Positions 54,278 through 62,875 of a stretch of 62,875 bases of DNA are shown piece after piece (position 1 is the stretch's first letter; every line of letters starts with the position of its first letter). Made by a program: the position numbers and the translations under genes. The notes below the pieces were generated by a model that had not been told where the DNA came from, made no database searches, and saw only the letters and a list, made by a program, of their open reading frames with translations. The DNA is from Patescibacteria group bacterium (GTDB taxonomy: Bacteria > Patescibacteriota > Minisyncoccia > Minisyncoccales > PEYH01). The stretch spans positions 1-62,875 of the forward strand of contig JAHIFQ010000014.1 of assembly GCA_018900835.1 (NCBI GenBank), in the 5' to 3' direction.

Positions 54278-54481
54278 ATTAACATCCGAGAAGCCGTTGT
54301 TTGGGCCACCAGCGGCATTTGTATTCTAAGCTGGTCTGAGGGAGTAAGTAATCCCCTGACGCTCGATAGGGCGTAAGGGCAAAGGTCGAATCAAAAAAAT
54401 TAAATCTAAAAATGAATCCTTTTACAATCGTTGATAACCTAAAATGGCTATTGCGAGAAATAAAAGGAAAGAAAATTTAAA

Positions 54482-57400
54482 ATGAGTATTAAAAGAATCG
54501 TTGCAGGAGTATCTACAGTGACTTGCGCTGTTATGATGCTTGGCGGTTCAATCGCGCCAGTTTATGGTTTGACAATGGCCGAGCTTGAAGCCCAAATTGC
54601 GGCTTTACAAGCACAGCTTTTACAATACCAGGCGCAGTTGGCTACCATTGATGGCACAACCACTACAACCCCTGCAGCTTACACAGGAATTCCCGATGGC
54701 TTTACATTCCAGAATGCCTTAAAATATGGCATGACGAGCAATGATGTAAAGTACTTACAGATTATATTGAAAGAAGAGATTGGAGCGCCGACCTATCCAA
54801 CAACTGTTGGAGCCACTGGTTATTTCGGCTCAATCACCAAGGCCTCTGTTATTGCTTTCCAAGAGAAATATACTTCTGCAATTCTTTCTTCTTGGGGATT
54901 AACAAAAGGAACTGGTTATGTTGGCGAGACAACCAGAGCGAAACTGAACAGTTTGTTATCTACAAGTGTGACCCCTCCTCCAGTTGTCCCAGTTGCCAGC
55001 GATTATACCATTGAAGCTGACTGCGTTGCAGCCGGATTTTTCTGGTATAGTGATGTTTGCAACACTTTGGCCGAGGGCGTAACTCCTCCAGTAGTAGCTG
55101 GAGACCATTCAGTTGCTTTAGCAAGCACCAATCCTGCTGCAAGCACCTTAATGTCAAGTTCAGCATACAACACTATGTTGGTGTTTAACGCGACAGCAGG
55201 TAGCACTGATTGGAATATCACTTCTATCACTGTTGAAAGATTTGGTATTTCTATAGACAGTATGGTAAGCGGTGTCTTGGTTCAGGATAAGGATGGTTTA
55301 AGACATGGAAATGTCTATACCTTCTCCAGTAAGAAGGCTGCTATTTCATTTACCAGCAAGCCGATTACTATTACTAAAGGAACCACGCAGAAGATTTCTA
55401 TTTTGACCCATCTTGGTTCAACCGCCACTTCCGGAACATTCGGAGCAAAGGTTACTGCTATTTCTGGCGACCCGAGCGGGTTGTCATTAGTTGGCAATAC
55501 TTTCTCCTTAGCTACCGGAGCGAGCGTATTGGGCGCTATTGATGTTGATGTGGTAAGTTTGAGAACAACTACCGCTTCAGTTGATATTGGCAACAAGGAC
55601 CAACTTCTGACTAGGTTCAAGTTCACAGAGACCACATCTAATGAGGACGCTTATCTTGAAGAGTTGTCCGTTTATAATAACGGCAGCGCAGCTGATGGGG
55701 ACATTGCCAATTGGATATTAAAAGATGCCAGTGGCAATACCTTGGCAACTGTTGCGCAAAGCAATGACAAATATGTCATCTTTGATTTAACCAGCAGTCC
55801 GGGATATTTGATTCCTAATGGCTCTTCTAAGACGCTCTCATTATATGTTGACCTTGTTGACGGAGCATCCAGAACCACCCAAGCCGTTATTTTGAACGAC
55901 TATGATGTAGTTGTTCTTGGCAAGGACACTGGAACAAGAATTTTGGCAACTGCAACAGGGAACACTGTTGATACTGCCTTCCCAATTGGAGATATTGCCT
56001 CTGGCAGCGGTGGTTATAACCATATAACCGCTACCGCCGGCTCTTTGACAGTAGTCCTGTCAAACACTTCTCCAACCGGAACAGTGCCAGCAGGTGGAAA
56101 TGAAGTTGTATTTGCTAAGTTTGACCTTAAGGCAAAAGGCGAGAACATTGAAGTGAGGCGGCTTGAATTCTATTTAGTGGCCAGAACCGCTCCTGATAAT
56201 GGAGACAGCCTTACAACTGCCAATGAGTCAGATGATATCTTTACAGGAACTGTTAATTTAAAGACCTCTGACGGCGCCAGCCATTATGCTTTGACTGTTG
56301 CCAATGATGCTCCTTCTACCACTGCTACTGCTTATACTCTGTCCAGCTATTTCACCATTCCTTCTGGAACAACAGAGACAATCAGCATTGTCGGTAATTT
56401 GAGGAGCGACCTTTCAAGCGCTGATTCCTTCAGATTTGCTATTAAGAATGTTTATGTAAAACGATTGACTACTGGAGATTTCCAGACCTATCAAGCGACA
56501 GCATTGAATGCCAACACTTTGACAGGCGCGGCAGGAAGCTTAACAGTTGTTAAGGATGCCAGCTGGGGTAATAAGAGCATAATTGCCGGTGCTGCAAAGC
56601 AGGTTGGACAATTTGTTCTTCAAACCGGGTCAAGCGAAGGTGTGTATATTTCCACCTTTAATATTGACCTTTCAAGCACAACTGGTGTTAACGAACTCTG
56701 GATGCAAAAAGGAGCCGGAACCTGCAGTGAAACCAGCTCAACCTTAATCGGTTCAGTTGATTCTTCAGTTGCAGGCGCCAATGACAGTTTCTCAACAGGC
56801 GGGGTCTTTACTATCCCTGCTTCTGACTCCCAAGTAGTTATTGTCTGCGCTAATTTTGACCAGAGTACAGCGACCGGCACATATATTGCCGATTTTGACG
56901 CTTCTGACATTTCAGGCACAGGCGCAGTATCTGGGGAAGCAGTGACAAACGCAGCAGATTCTACTGGACAGACAATGACTGTTCAAACAGCTGGAATTTT
57001 GACCGCTAAGAACGGCTCAAATCCAAATGCTGCTGTTTTACACGCCAGCGAAACAGGAGTAAAGGTATTAGATATGACATTCGGCACATTATATGAACCG
57101 ATTACCATTGATACCTTCAGATTCACTGTTGAGAATGGAGCTACCCAAGACAGAAACTTCTCCAATTACACCTTAAAGCACGGAAGCGCTACTATTGGTT
57201 CTGGAAAATCAGCTGTTTCAGGAGTAATCACATTCTCTGGGTTATCTGAAACCATTCCTTATTATGGTTCAGAAAGCTACAGTTTATGGATTGATACTTC
57301 TGATGCCCTTACAATGGGTTCAGGTGATAAGACAAGAGCCAAATTCGCTTCTGTTGAAGCATTGGGCGCTTGGTCGAATTCTGCCATTATGGCAAGTCAC

Positions 57401-58762
57401 GATACAGGTTATTGCGGAGCGATTACCACCGAGCCGACATCTGCTTCCAGCGTTGGCCACTACGCAGTGGGCGACCTGGTTGTTCATGGCGGAGCTTTGA
57501 AGATGGTAACCACCGCAGCTAATGAGGGAACGGTTCTTACCACTGGTTTGACTTTGGACGGCGCAGTTGCTGCCTTCGCTACTGGCGAAGTAAGCAAATT
57601 CGGCAGCTTCTCCCAAGCAGCTACCACTGATGGAACCGATTTATCCAATTTAGCGATTGGTGATTTAGTTGTCTATTATGACGCTACTCCAGCTAATGCT
57701 ACTGGTATTGTTACAGCAGTGAATGATACAGCTAATACAGTAGCCATCAATGGCGCTACTGCAATTACTGGTCTAGCTGCAGACAATTATGTTGAAATTC
57801 CAGGCACTGGAGAATTAGCTTCTGCTGGAACTGCTACTAGTTTTGATGTAGCTCACGCCCTGGGAAGCTTGGTCTACTACTATGATGCAGGCGGGACTTC
57901 AACATTTGGAGTAGTAACAACTGCTTATGTTGCTGATGCTGCGACAATCAAGGTCAATGACACCACTATTACCATAGCCGACGCTGATAGAATTTTTGCA
58001 CTTGATGCTGATGTTTCGCAGGAAGTGTACAGCGCTCAATCAACCTATCAATATGGTGTTGGTGATGTTGTATATCACTACGATTCAGGCGGTACGAGCG
58101 CGTGGGCTGTAGTTACAACTGGCATTGACGCAGGAGAAACAATGGCAAGCTTAGTAACCAGTGTTGCCACTGCTGCTGCAAGTGATAGGATTGTAAGAGT
58201 CACACCAGGAGTTATCGCTTCAAACAACATGACAATGCATGATGTTGAACCGATATTGACTGCGTCTGACACCACTTACACCACTGGTATTTCTGGCGGA
58301 ATGCAAACCATTGCCATCTACGATATTACAGCAGTAGGCGGAGCATTGTTTGTTGAAAGCTTAGCTGTGTATCTTGAGGGCTCTGCTATTGCCAAGATTG
58401 ATACAGCCGCAAATGCTATTGAGATTTGGGAAGGCGGAGAAAGAATTTATCAGGGTGGAGACCTTAGTGGTGGCGTTGCTGCTACTTATACCTGCGATTT
58501 GACCACTCCTGAAGAAATTGCTTCTGGCCAGACCAAGACCTTTACTGTAAAGGTTACTACTGCAGCTAGCGCTGCTTGGGCGAACACTGATGTTGGCAAG
58601 AGTTTGAGAGCTAAGATTGACGGGACCAAAGGCCAAATGGCTTCTGGACTTGATTGGTATTATGCCAGCTCAGGACCAGGAACCGCGCCAACGGCTTCCA
58701 GTCCAGCGAGTATTTCTGACAGCGAATTCCCAGTTTACGGAAAGTATTCACTAACTTACTAA
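54482..58762 (+). CDS. Giant (1426 aa) secreted Thr/Ser/Ala/Gly-rich surface (S-layer-like) protein with an N-terminal peptidoglycan-binding domain
   Basis: Signal peptide, coiled coil LEAQIAALQAQLLQYQAQL, and PG_binding_1-like NDVKYLQIILKEE...GYFGSITKASVIAFQEKY. The rest is a low-charge, beta-rich sequence. Confidence 0.8.
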   Translation: MSIKRIVAGVSTVTCAVMMLGGSIAPVYGLTMAELEAQIAALQAQLLQYQAQLATIDGTTTTTPAAYTGIPDGFTFQNALKYGMTSNDVKYLQIILKEEIGAPTYPTTVGATGYFGSITKASVIAFQEKYTSAILSSWGLTKGTGYVGETTRAKLNSLLSTSVTPPPVVPVASDYTIEADCVAAGFFWYSDVCNTLAEGVTPPVVAGDHSVALASTNPAASTLMSSSAYNTMLVFNATAGSTDWNITSITVERFGISIDSMVSGVLVQDKDGLRHGNVYTFSSKKAAISFTSKPITITKGTTQKISILTHLGSTATSGTFGAKVTAISGDPSGLSLVGNTFSLATGASVLGAIDVDVVSLRTTTASVDIGNKDQLLTRFKFTETTSNEDAYLEELSVYNNGSAADGDIANWILKDASGNTLATVAQSNDKYVIFDLTSSPGYLIPNGSSKTLSLYVDLVDGASRTTQAVILNDYDVVVLGKDTGTRILATATGNTVDTAFPIGDIASGSGGYNHITATAGSLTVVLSNTSPTGTVPAGGNEVVFAKFDLKAKGENIEVRRLEFYLVARTAPDNGDSLTTANESDDIFTGTVNLKTSDGASHYALTVANDAPSTTATAYTLSSYFTIPSGTTETISIVGNLRSDLSSADSFRFAIKNVYVKRLTTGDFQTYQATALNANTLTGAAGSLTVVKDASWGNKSIIAGAAKQVGQFVLQTGSSEGVYISTFNIDLSSTTGVNELWMQKGAGTCSETSSTLIGSVDSSVAGANDSFSTGGVFTIPASDSQVVIVCANFDQSTATGTYIADFDASDISGTGAVSGEAVTNAADSTGQTMTVQTAGILTAKNGSNPNAAVLHASETGVKVLDMTFGTLYEPITIDTFRFTVENGATQDRNFSNYTLKHGSATIGSGKSAVSGVITFSGLSETIPYYGSESYSLWIDTSDALTMGSGDKTRAKFASVEALGAWSNSAIMASHDTGYCGAITTEPTSASSVGHYAVGDLVVHGGALKMVTTAANEGTVLTTGLTLDGAVAAFATGEVSKFGSFSQAATTDGTDLSNLAIGDLVVYYDATPANATGIVTAVNDTANTVAINGATAITGLAADNYVEIPGTGELASAGTATSFDVAHALGSLVYYYDAGGTSTFGVVTTAYVADAATIKVNDTTITIADADRIFALDADVSQEVYSAQSTYQYGVGDVVYHYDSGGTSAWAVVTTGIDAGETMASLVTSVATAAASDRIVRVTPGVIASNNMTMHDVEPILTASDTTYTTGISGGMQTIAIYDITAVGGALFVESLAVYLEGSAIAKIDTAANAIEIWEGGERIYQGGDLSGGVAATYTCDLTTPEEIASGQTKTFTVKVTTAASAAWANTDVGKSLRAKIDGTKGQMASGLDWYYASSGPGTAPTASSPASISDSEFPVYGKYSLTY

Positions 58763-58794
58763 TCTTTTCCTTGTAGGATTAGTTAAGTTTCCAA

Positions 58795-58830
58795 CCCCCC
58801 ACCATATCTTATGGTGGGGGGTTTGGTTTC
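58795..58830 (+). terminator. Strong intrinsic terminator
   Basis: CCCCCCACCAT-ATCTT-ATGGTGGGGGG followed by TTTGGTTTC. Confidence 0.8.
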
Positions 58831-58851
58831 TCGGTATTGTGTTGGGGTATG

Positions 58852-58919
58852 TTTGTTGGGGGCCGCCCCCAACAATGTTTGGAGGTTGAACCTCCAAACA
58901 TTGTCCTCCAAACATTGTT
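58852..58919. repeat. Nested inverted repeats with a tandemly duplicated arm
   Basis: TTGTTGGGGGC/GCCCCCAACAA, then AACAATGTTTGGAGG/CCTCCAAACATTGT, then a second CCTCCAAACATTGTT. Confidence 0.75.
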
Positions 58920-59023
58920 AAAAGGTTTTGGAAAGTTATTAACTTTTGTGTTTTATTTTTTTATGCTAAAATATTCAGACGACCCGCCCGAGGCGGGCAA
59001 GTAATTAATTAGTAATTAAAAAT

Positions 59024-61240
59024 ATGTTTAAAAAGAATTTTTTCAGTTTTCAAAATCTGCTCAATTTTAAGATTAATTCTCTTGCGCTGTCATTGGTTTT
59101 TCTTTTGCCTTTGTTTTTCCTTCCTTTCACTGCTTCACCGCTTTTTCTGAATAAGCAGCTGTTCTTATCAATAGCTGTTTTCTTTTTGTTTATTTTCTGG
59201 GCAGTGAAAGTGATAAGCTTTGGAAAATTTACTTTGGATTTTGGGAAAATTAGCAAAGCAATGATTCTGTTTTTGGTTGTGATTGGCATATCCACTATAT
59301 TTTCCATTTCCAGAAGCCAGAGTTTCGCAGTCGCAGACACGCCCGATACTTTCCTGAACATACTGCTATGCGGTTTAGTTTATTTCCTGTCAGCTAATTT
59401 ATTTAGCAAAAGAGAAGCCATTGAAAAGAGGGGCTCAAAAGATTCAAAAGAATCCAAACTCCCAGCCCGAAAATTCGTTTTCGGATTTTTGGCAAGCGCA
59501 TTTGTTTTGAGCATTATTTTCCTGCTCCAAGCAGTGATAAGAAAAGCAATCTTTCCATTATTCCTTACCAAGAATTTTATTTTCAACACTATTGGAAGCA
59601 CAGAAGCGTTAGGTATATTCATTGGTTGCGCATTTGTATTATTAATGTCTTTGTTTGGGAATAAAGTGATTGCGGTCAAAGAGAAGGCGGACATAAAATC
59701 AAAAATCATCTTCGGATTGTCCGCTATCACAGGAGTCATATTTTTCGCATCCATTGTTTTAATCAATTATTGGCTGATATGGCTTGGTGTTATCTTGGGC
59801 ATTATTTTTGTCCTTGCCCAGATGAGCAAGAATATGGGCCCAATTTTAACCCAGAAGGAAATAAGGCAATTTATTTTGCCACTTTTGATTCTGGCTATTT
59901 CCTTGATATTCGTTTTTGTAAGGATTCCTACTGACAAGATTTTCAGCTATTCTCCGGAAATAGGGCTTACTTTCAAATCAACTGTTCAAATAGGAACTGA
60001 TACAATGAAAATCTCTGTGAAAAATTTGATTATCGGTTCGGGACCAGCTTCGTTTCCTTATCAATTTGACCTTTTTAAGCCATTAGCAATAAATCTTGGG
60101 GCTTTCTGGCAGACACGGTTTAATCAGGGCTTTTCTGTTTTAACAACTATGTTATCCACAGTCGGTATTTTGGGAGTTTTGTCAGTCCTGTTATTGATAG
60201 TAACGGCTTTATGGCAGGGGATTAGGCCGTTATTTAAGACAAAAAATGATGATTCTGTGGAGGCAAAATTATCTTCTGTTATTTTCACTGCCTGCCTATA
60301 TTTGTTTTTTACTTGGTTTTTCTATCCAGCCAACATTACATTGCTATTTCTGGCTTTTTTAATGCTTGGTTTGTTTGTTGGGCTTGAAAAGAAAGGGAAT
60401 GTTAAAGAGATTTTATTCACCCAATCGCCTCAAAAAGCGTTTGGAATTATGATGTTAGCAGTAGTGGTTATGGCTGGCGCGGGCATTGGGGTATATAAGG
60501 TAAGCCAGAGATATGCGGGCGCTGTAATTTTTGCTGACGGGGTTAATTTTATCAATTCAGAAGAGCCGAATTTAGAAAATGGAATTAAGGCGATTGTTTC
60601 TGCTTCCAATTTAGACCAAAACAAAGATGATTATTTGAGAAATCTGTCCCAGGCATTTGCGCTTCAGCTTGACGAATTAGTCGGCAATCAAGAATTGAGC
60701 CAAGAGGACAAACAAAAGCTTTTTCAGCAATATATTTCAAACGGAGAGAGCATATTAGCAGAGGCAGTGCGCATTAACCCGAAAAACAGTGAAAACTGGC
60801 TCCAGCAGGGGAGTTTTTATCAGTCACTTGAAGGGTTTGGAGTGCAGGGCGCAGGGCAATTAGCGTTTGCGAGTTTCCAAAAAGCGTATGAGTTAGCTCC
60901 TCGGGACCCGCAATTCCCATTTGTTTTGGGGAATATGTATCTTGTGTCAGCAAAAACAAATTCAGCGCAGATAAAAGAACTGGAAAATGCGGAAGAAAAA
61001 GACCAAACGCAGATTGATAAACTAAAAGAAGCGCAAGAGTTGTTATTTTCGCAAACAGAAGAATATTTATTGAAAGCAATTGAACTTAAAAGAAATCTTG
61101 TGCCGGCGTTTTACTCGTTGGGACAATTTTATGAATTCAAGGGAGACCAGAATCTTGCTTTGCAGGCATATTCTATTATCTTGCAGCTTGTACCCGAATA
61201 TCAGGATGTGAAAGCAAGAATAGAAGCCCTCACAAAATAA
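59024..61240 (+). CDS. Polytopic O-antigen-ligase/Wzy_C-like membrane protein with C-terminal TPR repeats
   Basis: 738 aa with at least 10 hydrophobic helices. TPR-like AFASFQKAYELAPRDPQ... and YSLGQFYEFKGDQNLALQAYSIILQLVPEY. Confidence 0.6.
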   Translation: MFKKNFFSFQNLLNFKINSLALSLVFLLPLFFLPFTASPLFLNKQLFLSIAVFFLFIFWAVKVISFGKFTLDFGKISKAMILFLVVIGISTIFSISRSQSFAVADTPDTFLNILLCGLVYFLSANLFSKREAIEKRGSKDSKESKLPARKFVFGFLASAFVLSIIFLLQAVIRKAIFPLFLTKNFIFNTIGSTEALGIFIGCAFVLLMSLFGNKVIAVKEKADIKSKIIFGLSAITGVIFFASIVLINYWLIWLGVILGIIFVLAQMSKNMGPILTQKEIRQFILPLLILAISLIFVFVRIPTDKIFSYSPEIGLTFKSTVQIGTDTMKISVKNLIIGSGPASFPYQFDLFKPLAINLGAFWQTRFNQGFSVLTTMLSTVGILGVLSVLLLIVTALWQGIRPLFKTKNDDSVEAKLSSVIFTACLYLFFTWFFYPANITLLFLAFLMLGLFVGLEKKGNVKEILFTQSPQKAFGIMMLAVVVMAGAGIGVYKVSQRYAGAVIFADGVNFINSEEPNLENGIKAIVSASNLDQNKDDYLRNLSQAFALQLDELVGNQELSQEDKQKLFQQYISNGESILAEAVRINPKNSENWLQQGSFYQSLEGFGVQGAGQLAFASFQKAYELAPRDPQFPFVLGNMYLVSAKTNSAQIKELENAEEKDQTQIDKLKEAQELLFSQTEEYLLKAIELKRNLVPAFYSLGQFYEFKGDQNLALQAYSIILQLVPEYQDVKARIEALTK

Positions 61241-61400
61241 AAAATAGTTGCGAAAAGTTTTCCACACCTCTTGACTTGTATTTATTTTTTTAAAGAGTGA
61301 TATAATTAAACTACTTTGAGATTTATAAATAAAAGTTTAATTTCAAGGTTCTGAGGAGCGAAGCGACGAAGGTTCTTATAATTAAACTACTTTAAAAAGA

Positions 61401-61586
61401 ATGGCTGATAATGTTAAACAAAATGTTACTTTGGAAGATTTGGCTGGAATGATAAAAAGAGGTTTTGATGAAAACACAAAAGAGCATCAAGAAATGCGTC
61501 AAGATAATAAAAAGATGCTTCAAGGGTTGTTTGATTTGCGCAGTGACCACGAAGAGATTCTCAAGAAACTAAGCCAAGTAGCTTAG
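61401..61586 (+). CDS. Hypothetical 61-aa charged helical protein
   Basis: ORF only. Ends 5 nt before the GIY-YIG gene ATG (61592). Confidence 0.35.
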   Translation: MADNVKQNVTLEDLAGMIKRGFDENTKEHQEMRQDNKKMLQGLFDLRSDHEEILKKLSQVA

Positions 61587-61591
61587 ATGTG

Positions 61592-61855
61592 ATGTATTAT
61601 GTTTATTTTTTAAAGAGTCGAAAAGATGGGCATAGCGTTTATGTCGGGTATACGAATAACCTTAGAAGAAGATTGCAAGAGCACAATATAGGAAGGGGAG
61701 GCAAATATACCAAAAACAAAGGACCATTTTCTTTGGTATATTATGAAGCATATAATTCTATGGAGGATGCTCAAAATAGAGAACAAGCGCTCAAGGTTCA
61801 TAAACGCGCTTATTCACAGTTGAAGAACAGAATCAAAGAAGGTCTTAAGAAGTAA
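61592..61855 (+). CDS. Small GIY-YIG nuclease-family protein (UPF0213-like)
   Basis: YVYFLKS...VYVGYTNNLRRRLQEHN GIY-YIG core. Confidence 0.8.
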   Translation: MYYVYFLKSRKDGHSVYVGYTNNLRRRLQEHNIGRGGKYTKNKGPFSLVYYEAYNSMEDAQNREQALKVHKRAYSQLKNRIKEGLKK

Positions 61856-61870
61856 AAAGAATAAAGGTCG

Positions 61871-62042
61871 GGATTTCTCCTTATTTCGTAGGGGATGAAA
61901 TCCCCCACCAATCCTATGCCTAACTTCGTTAGAATTTGCGCGAAGCGTAGCAAGGATATAGGAGGGGGGTAAAATCCCCCACCAATTCTATGCCTAACTT
62001 CGTTAGAATTTGCGCGAAGCGTAGCATAGAATTGGTGGGGGA
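61871..62042 (+). mobile_element. MITE-like 172-nt insertion flanked by 8-nt direct repeats
   Basis: AAAGGTCG at 61863-61870 and 62043-62050. Internal 55-nt duplication (61898-61952, 61972-62026). Perfect 19-bp inverted repeat 61975-61993 / 62024-62042. Confidence 0.5.
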
Positions 62043-62132
62043 AAAGGTCGTCTTAAATTCGTTCGCCTTATTCACTGGTGCACGGTTAATAAGACGAGCA
62101 AAAAAACAATTAATAATTAATTTAGAATTACA

Positions 62133-62875
62133 ATGAGTAAAAAATATTCTATTCTTAAAACAGGATTGACTGTTTTACTCGCGACATTGATGGTAGGCGC
62201 GGTTGTAAATGCCACCACCACTGTCGGCGATAATGTTTCTGTCGGAGGCACGCTTGGAGCAACAGGTGCGACAACCTTAAGCTCTACATTAGCGGTAACC
62301 GGCATAAGCACTTTGACTGGCGCATTGACTGCCAATGGCGGGGTCACGATTGGAACCGCAGCCACAGGACTTACTTTCACAGGAGGATATACTACGACTG
62401 CTATTCAATTAGGAACCTCAGCATCTAATATGACATTAGCAGTGTATGATGACCATGTAATTGATATTAATGTAACTAGTGGTTCAACAGATGGAAGTAA
62501 TAGTGTACGACCCATTCACATGATAAGCACTATGACTGGTGTCGGTGGTGTCGGCGGAAGAGCAGAATTTGTAATGGCAACTGAAGTTGTTTTGGGTGGA
62601 TGGGCTAACGCTTTGAAAGGTTATACAGATTTTGGTACCGCAGGCTCAGTTACTGGTTTGGGTAGCGCTATTGTAGCTGAAATGAGAATGCCAGCAAAAG
62701 CATTAGCAGGTGGAAATTATGCTCCTTTGGAACTTGAGTTAGTTCTTCAGGAAGCCAGCAGAACAAGCGGAACACCAGTCAGCTTTATGCACGCGCAAGC
62801 TTCTCAAGCTAGTGGTACATCAGGATTGGGTGATTTCAACGATACTGGATATTTTATGAGTGTTCAGGGATTGAC
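62133..62875 (+). CDS. Secreted Gly/Thr/Ala-rich protein, 3' end cut by window edge
   Basis: Hand translation MSKKYSILKTGLTVLLATLMVGAVVNA... stays open to the window end. The minus-strand ORF 62117..62380 is its shadow. Confidence 0.6.
   Translation, partial: MSKKYSILKTGLTVLLATLMVGAVVNATTTVGDNVSVGGTLGATGATTLSSTLAVTGISTLTGALTANGGVTIGTAATGLTFTGGYTTTAIQLGTSASNMTLAVYDDHVIDINVTSGSTDGSNSVRPIHMISTMTGVGGVGGRAEFVMATEVVLGGWANALKGYTDFGTAGSVTGLGSAIVAEMRMPAKALAGGNYAPLELELVLQEASRTSGTPVSFMHAQASQASGTSGLGDFNDTGYFMSVQGL

Noticed and set aside
661-62380. Antisense shadow ORFs, for example 661-1011, 1138-1506, 6820-7215, 12493-12846, 13122-13589, 22545-22952, 38326-38724, 41559-42008, 55315-55635 and 62117-62380
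   Set aside because: Each lies fully inside a well-supported gene on the other strand, lacks start-site signals and has low-complexity translations.

Overview
AT-rich, gene-dense bacterial window using the standard genetic code: TGA acts as a stop in the ATGA overlaps iorA/iorB and nrdD/nrdG. Gene content suggests a Candidate Phyla Radiation / Patescibacteria-type genome (inference only). The clues are S21, a tail-less FtsZ, an intein and LAGLIDADG genes, IOR plus NrdDG, ComEC plus DprA, and giant surface proteins.

Positions 1-42 kb are mostly housekeeping: tatD (partial), a CaCA antiporter, leuS, intein-bearing glmS, iorAB, a GlmU-like enzyme, an MscS-like channel, parA-like, hicBA, tRNA-Leu(CAA), topA, dprA, pth, lepB, hisS, rpsU, ybeY, ftsA, ftsZ, rlmN, greA, nrdDG, comEC, a glycosidase cluster, dgkA, htrA and clpB.

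Positions 42-63 kb look accessory and are entirely plus-strand. They hold a Y1/HUH RAYT-like transposase, a 1573-aa lamin-tail-domain protein, gdh, orphan genes, an ECF sigma factor, a 1426-aa Thr/Ser/Ala/Gly-rich surface protein with a PG-binding domain, and a Wzy_C/TPR membrane protein.

My top candidate for something undescribed is a 111-nt dual-hairpin element present in seven same-orientation copies. Two copies flank the RAYT gene. Six copies end in a perfect DnaA-box 9-mer, TTATCCACA. The same box also forms phased arrays inside a regulator gene and in front of the sigma gene.

Other leads:
- A roughly 370-nt GC-elevated unit bounded by a promoter and a terminator, of unknown class (20.74-21.15 kb).
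- A terminator-containing leader upstream of leuS.
- A free-standing AbrB-like/LAGLIDADG fusion next to the glmS intein.
- A heptanucleotide (A4N3) microsatellite family that sits in frame inside leuS and topA.
- A MITE-like 172-nt insertion flanked by 8-nt direct repeats.

No rRNA genes or CRISPR arrays were seen.
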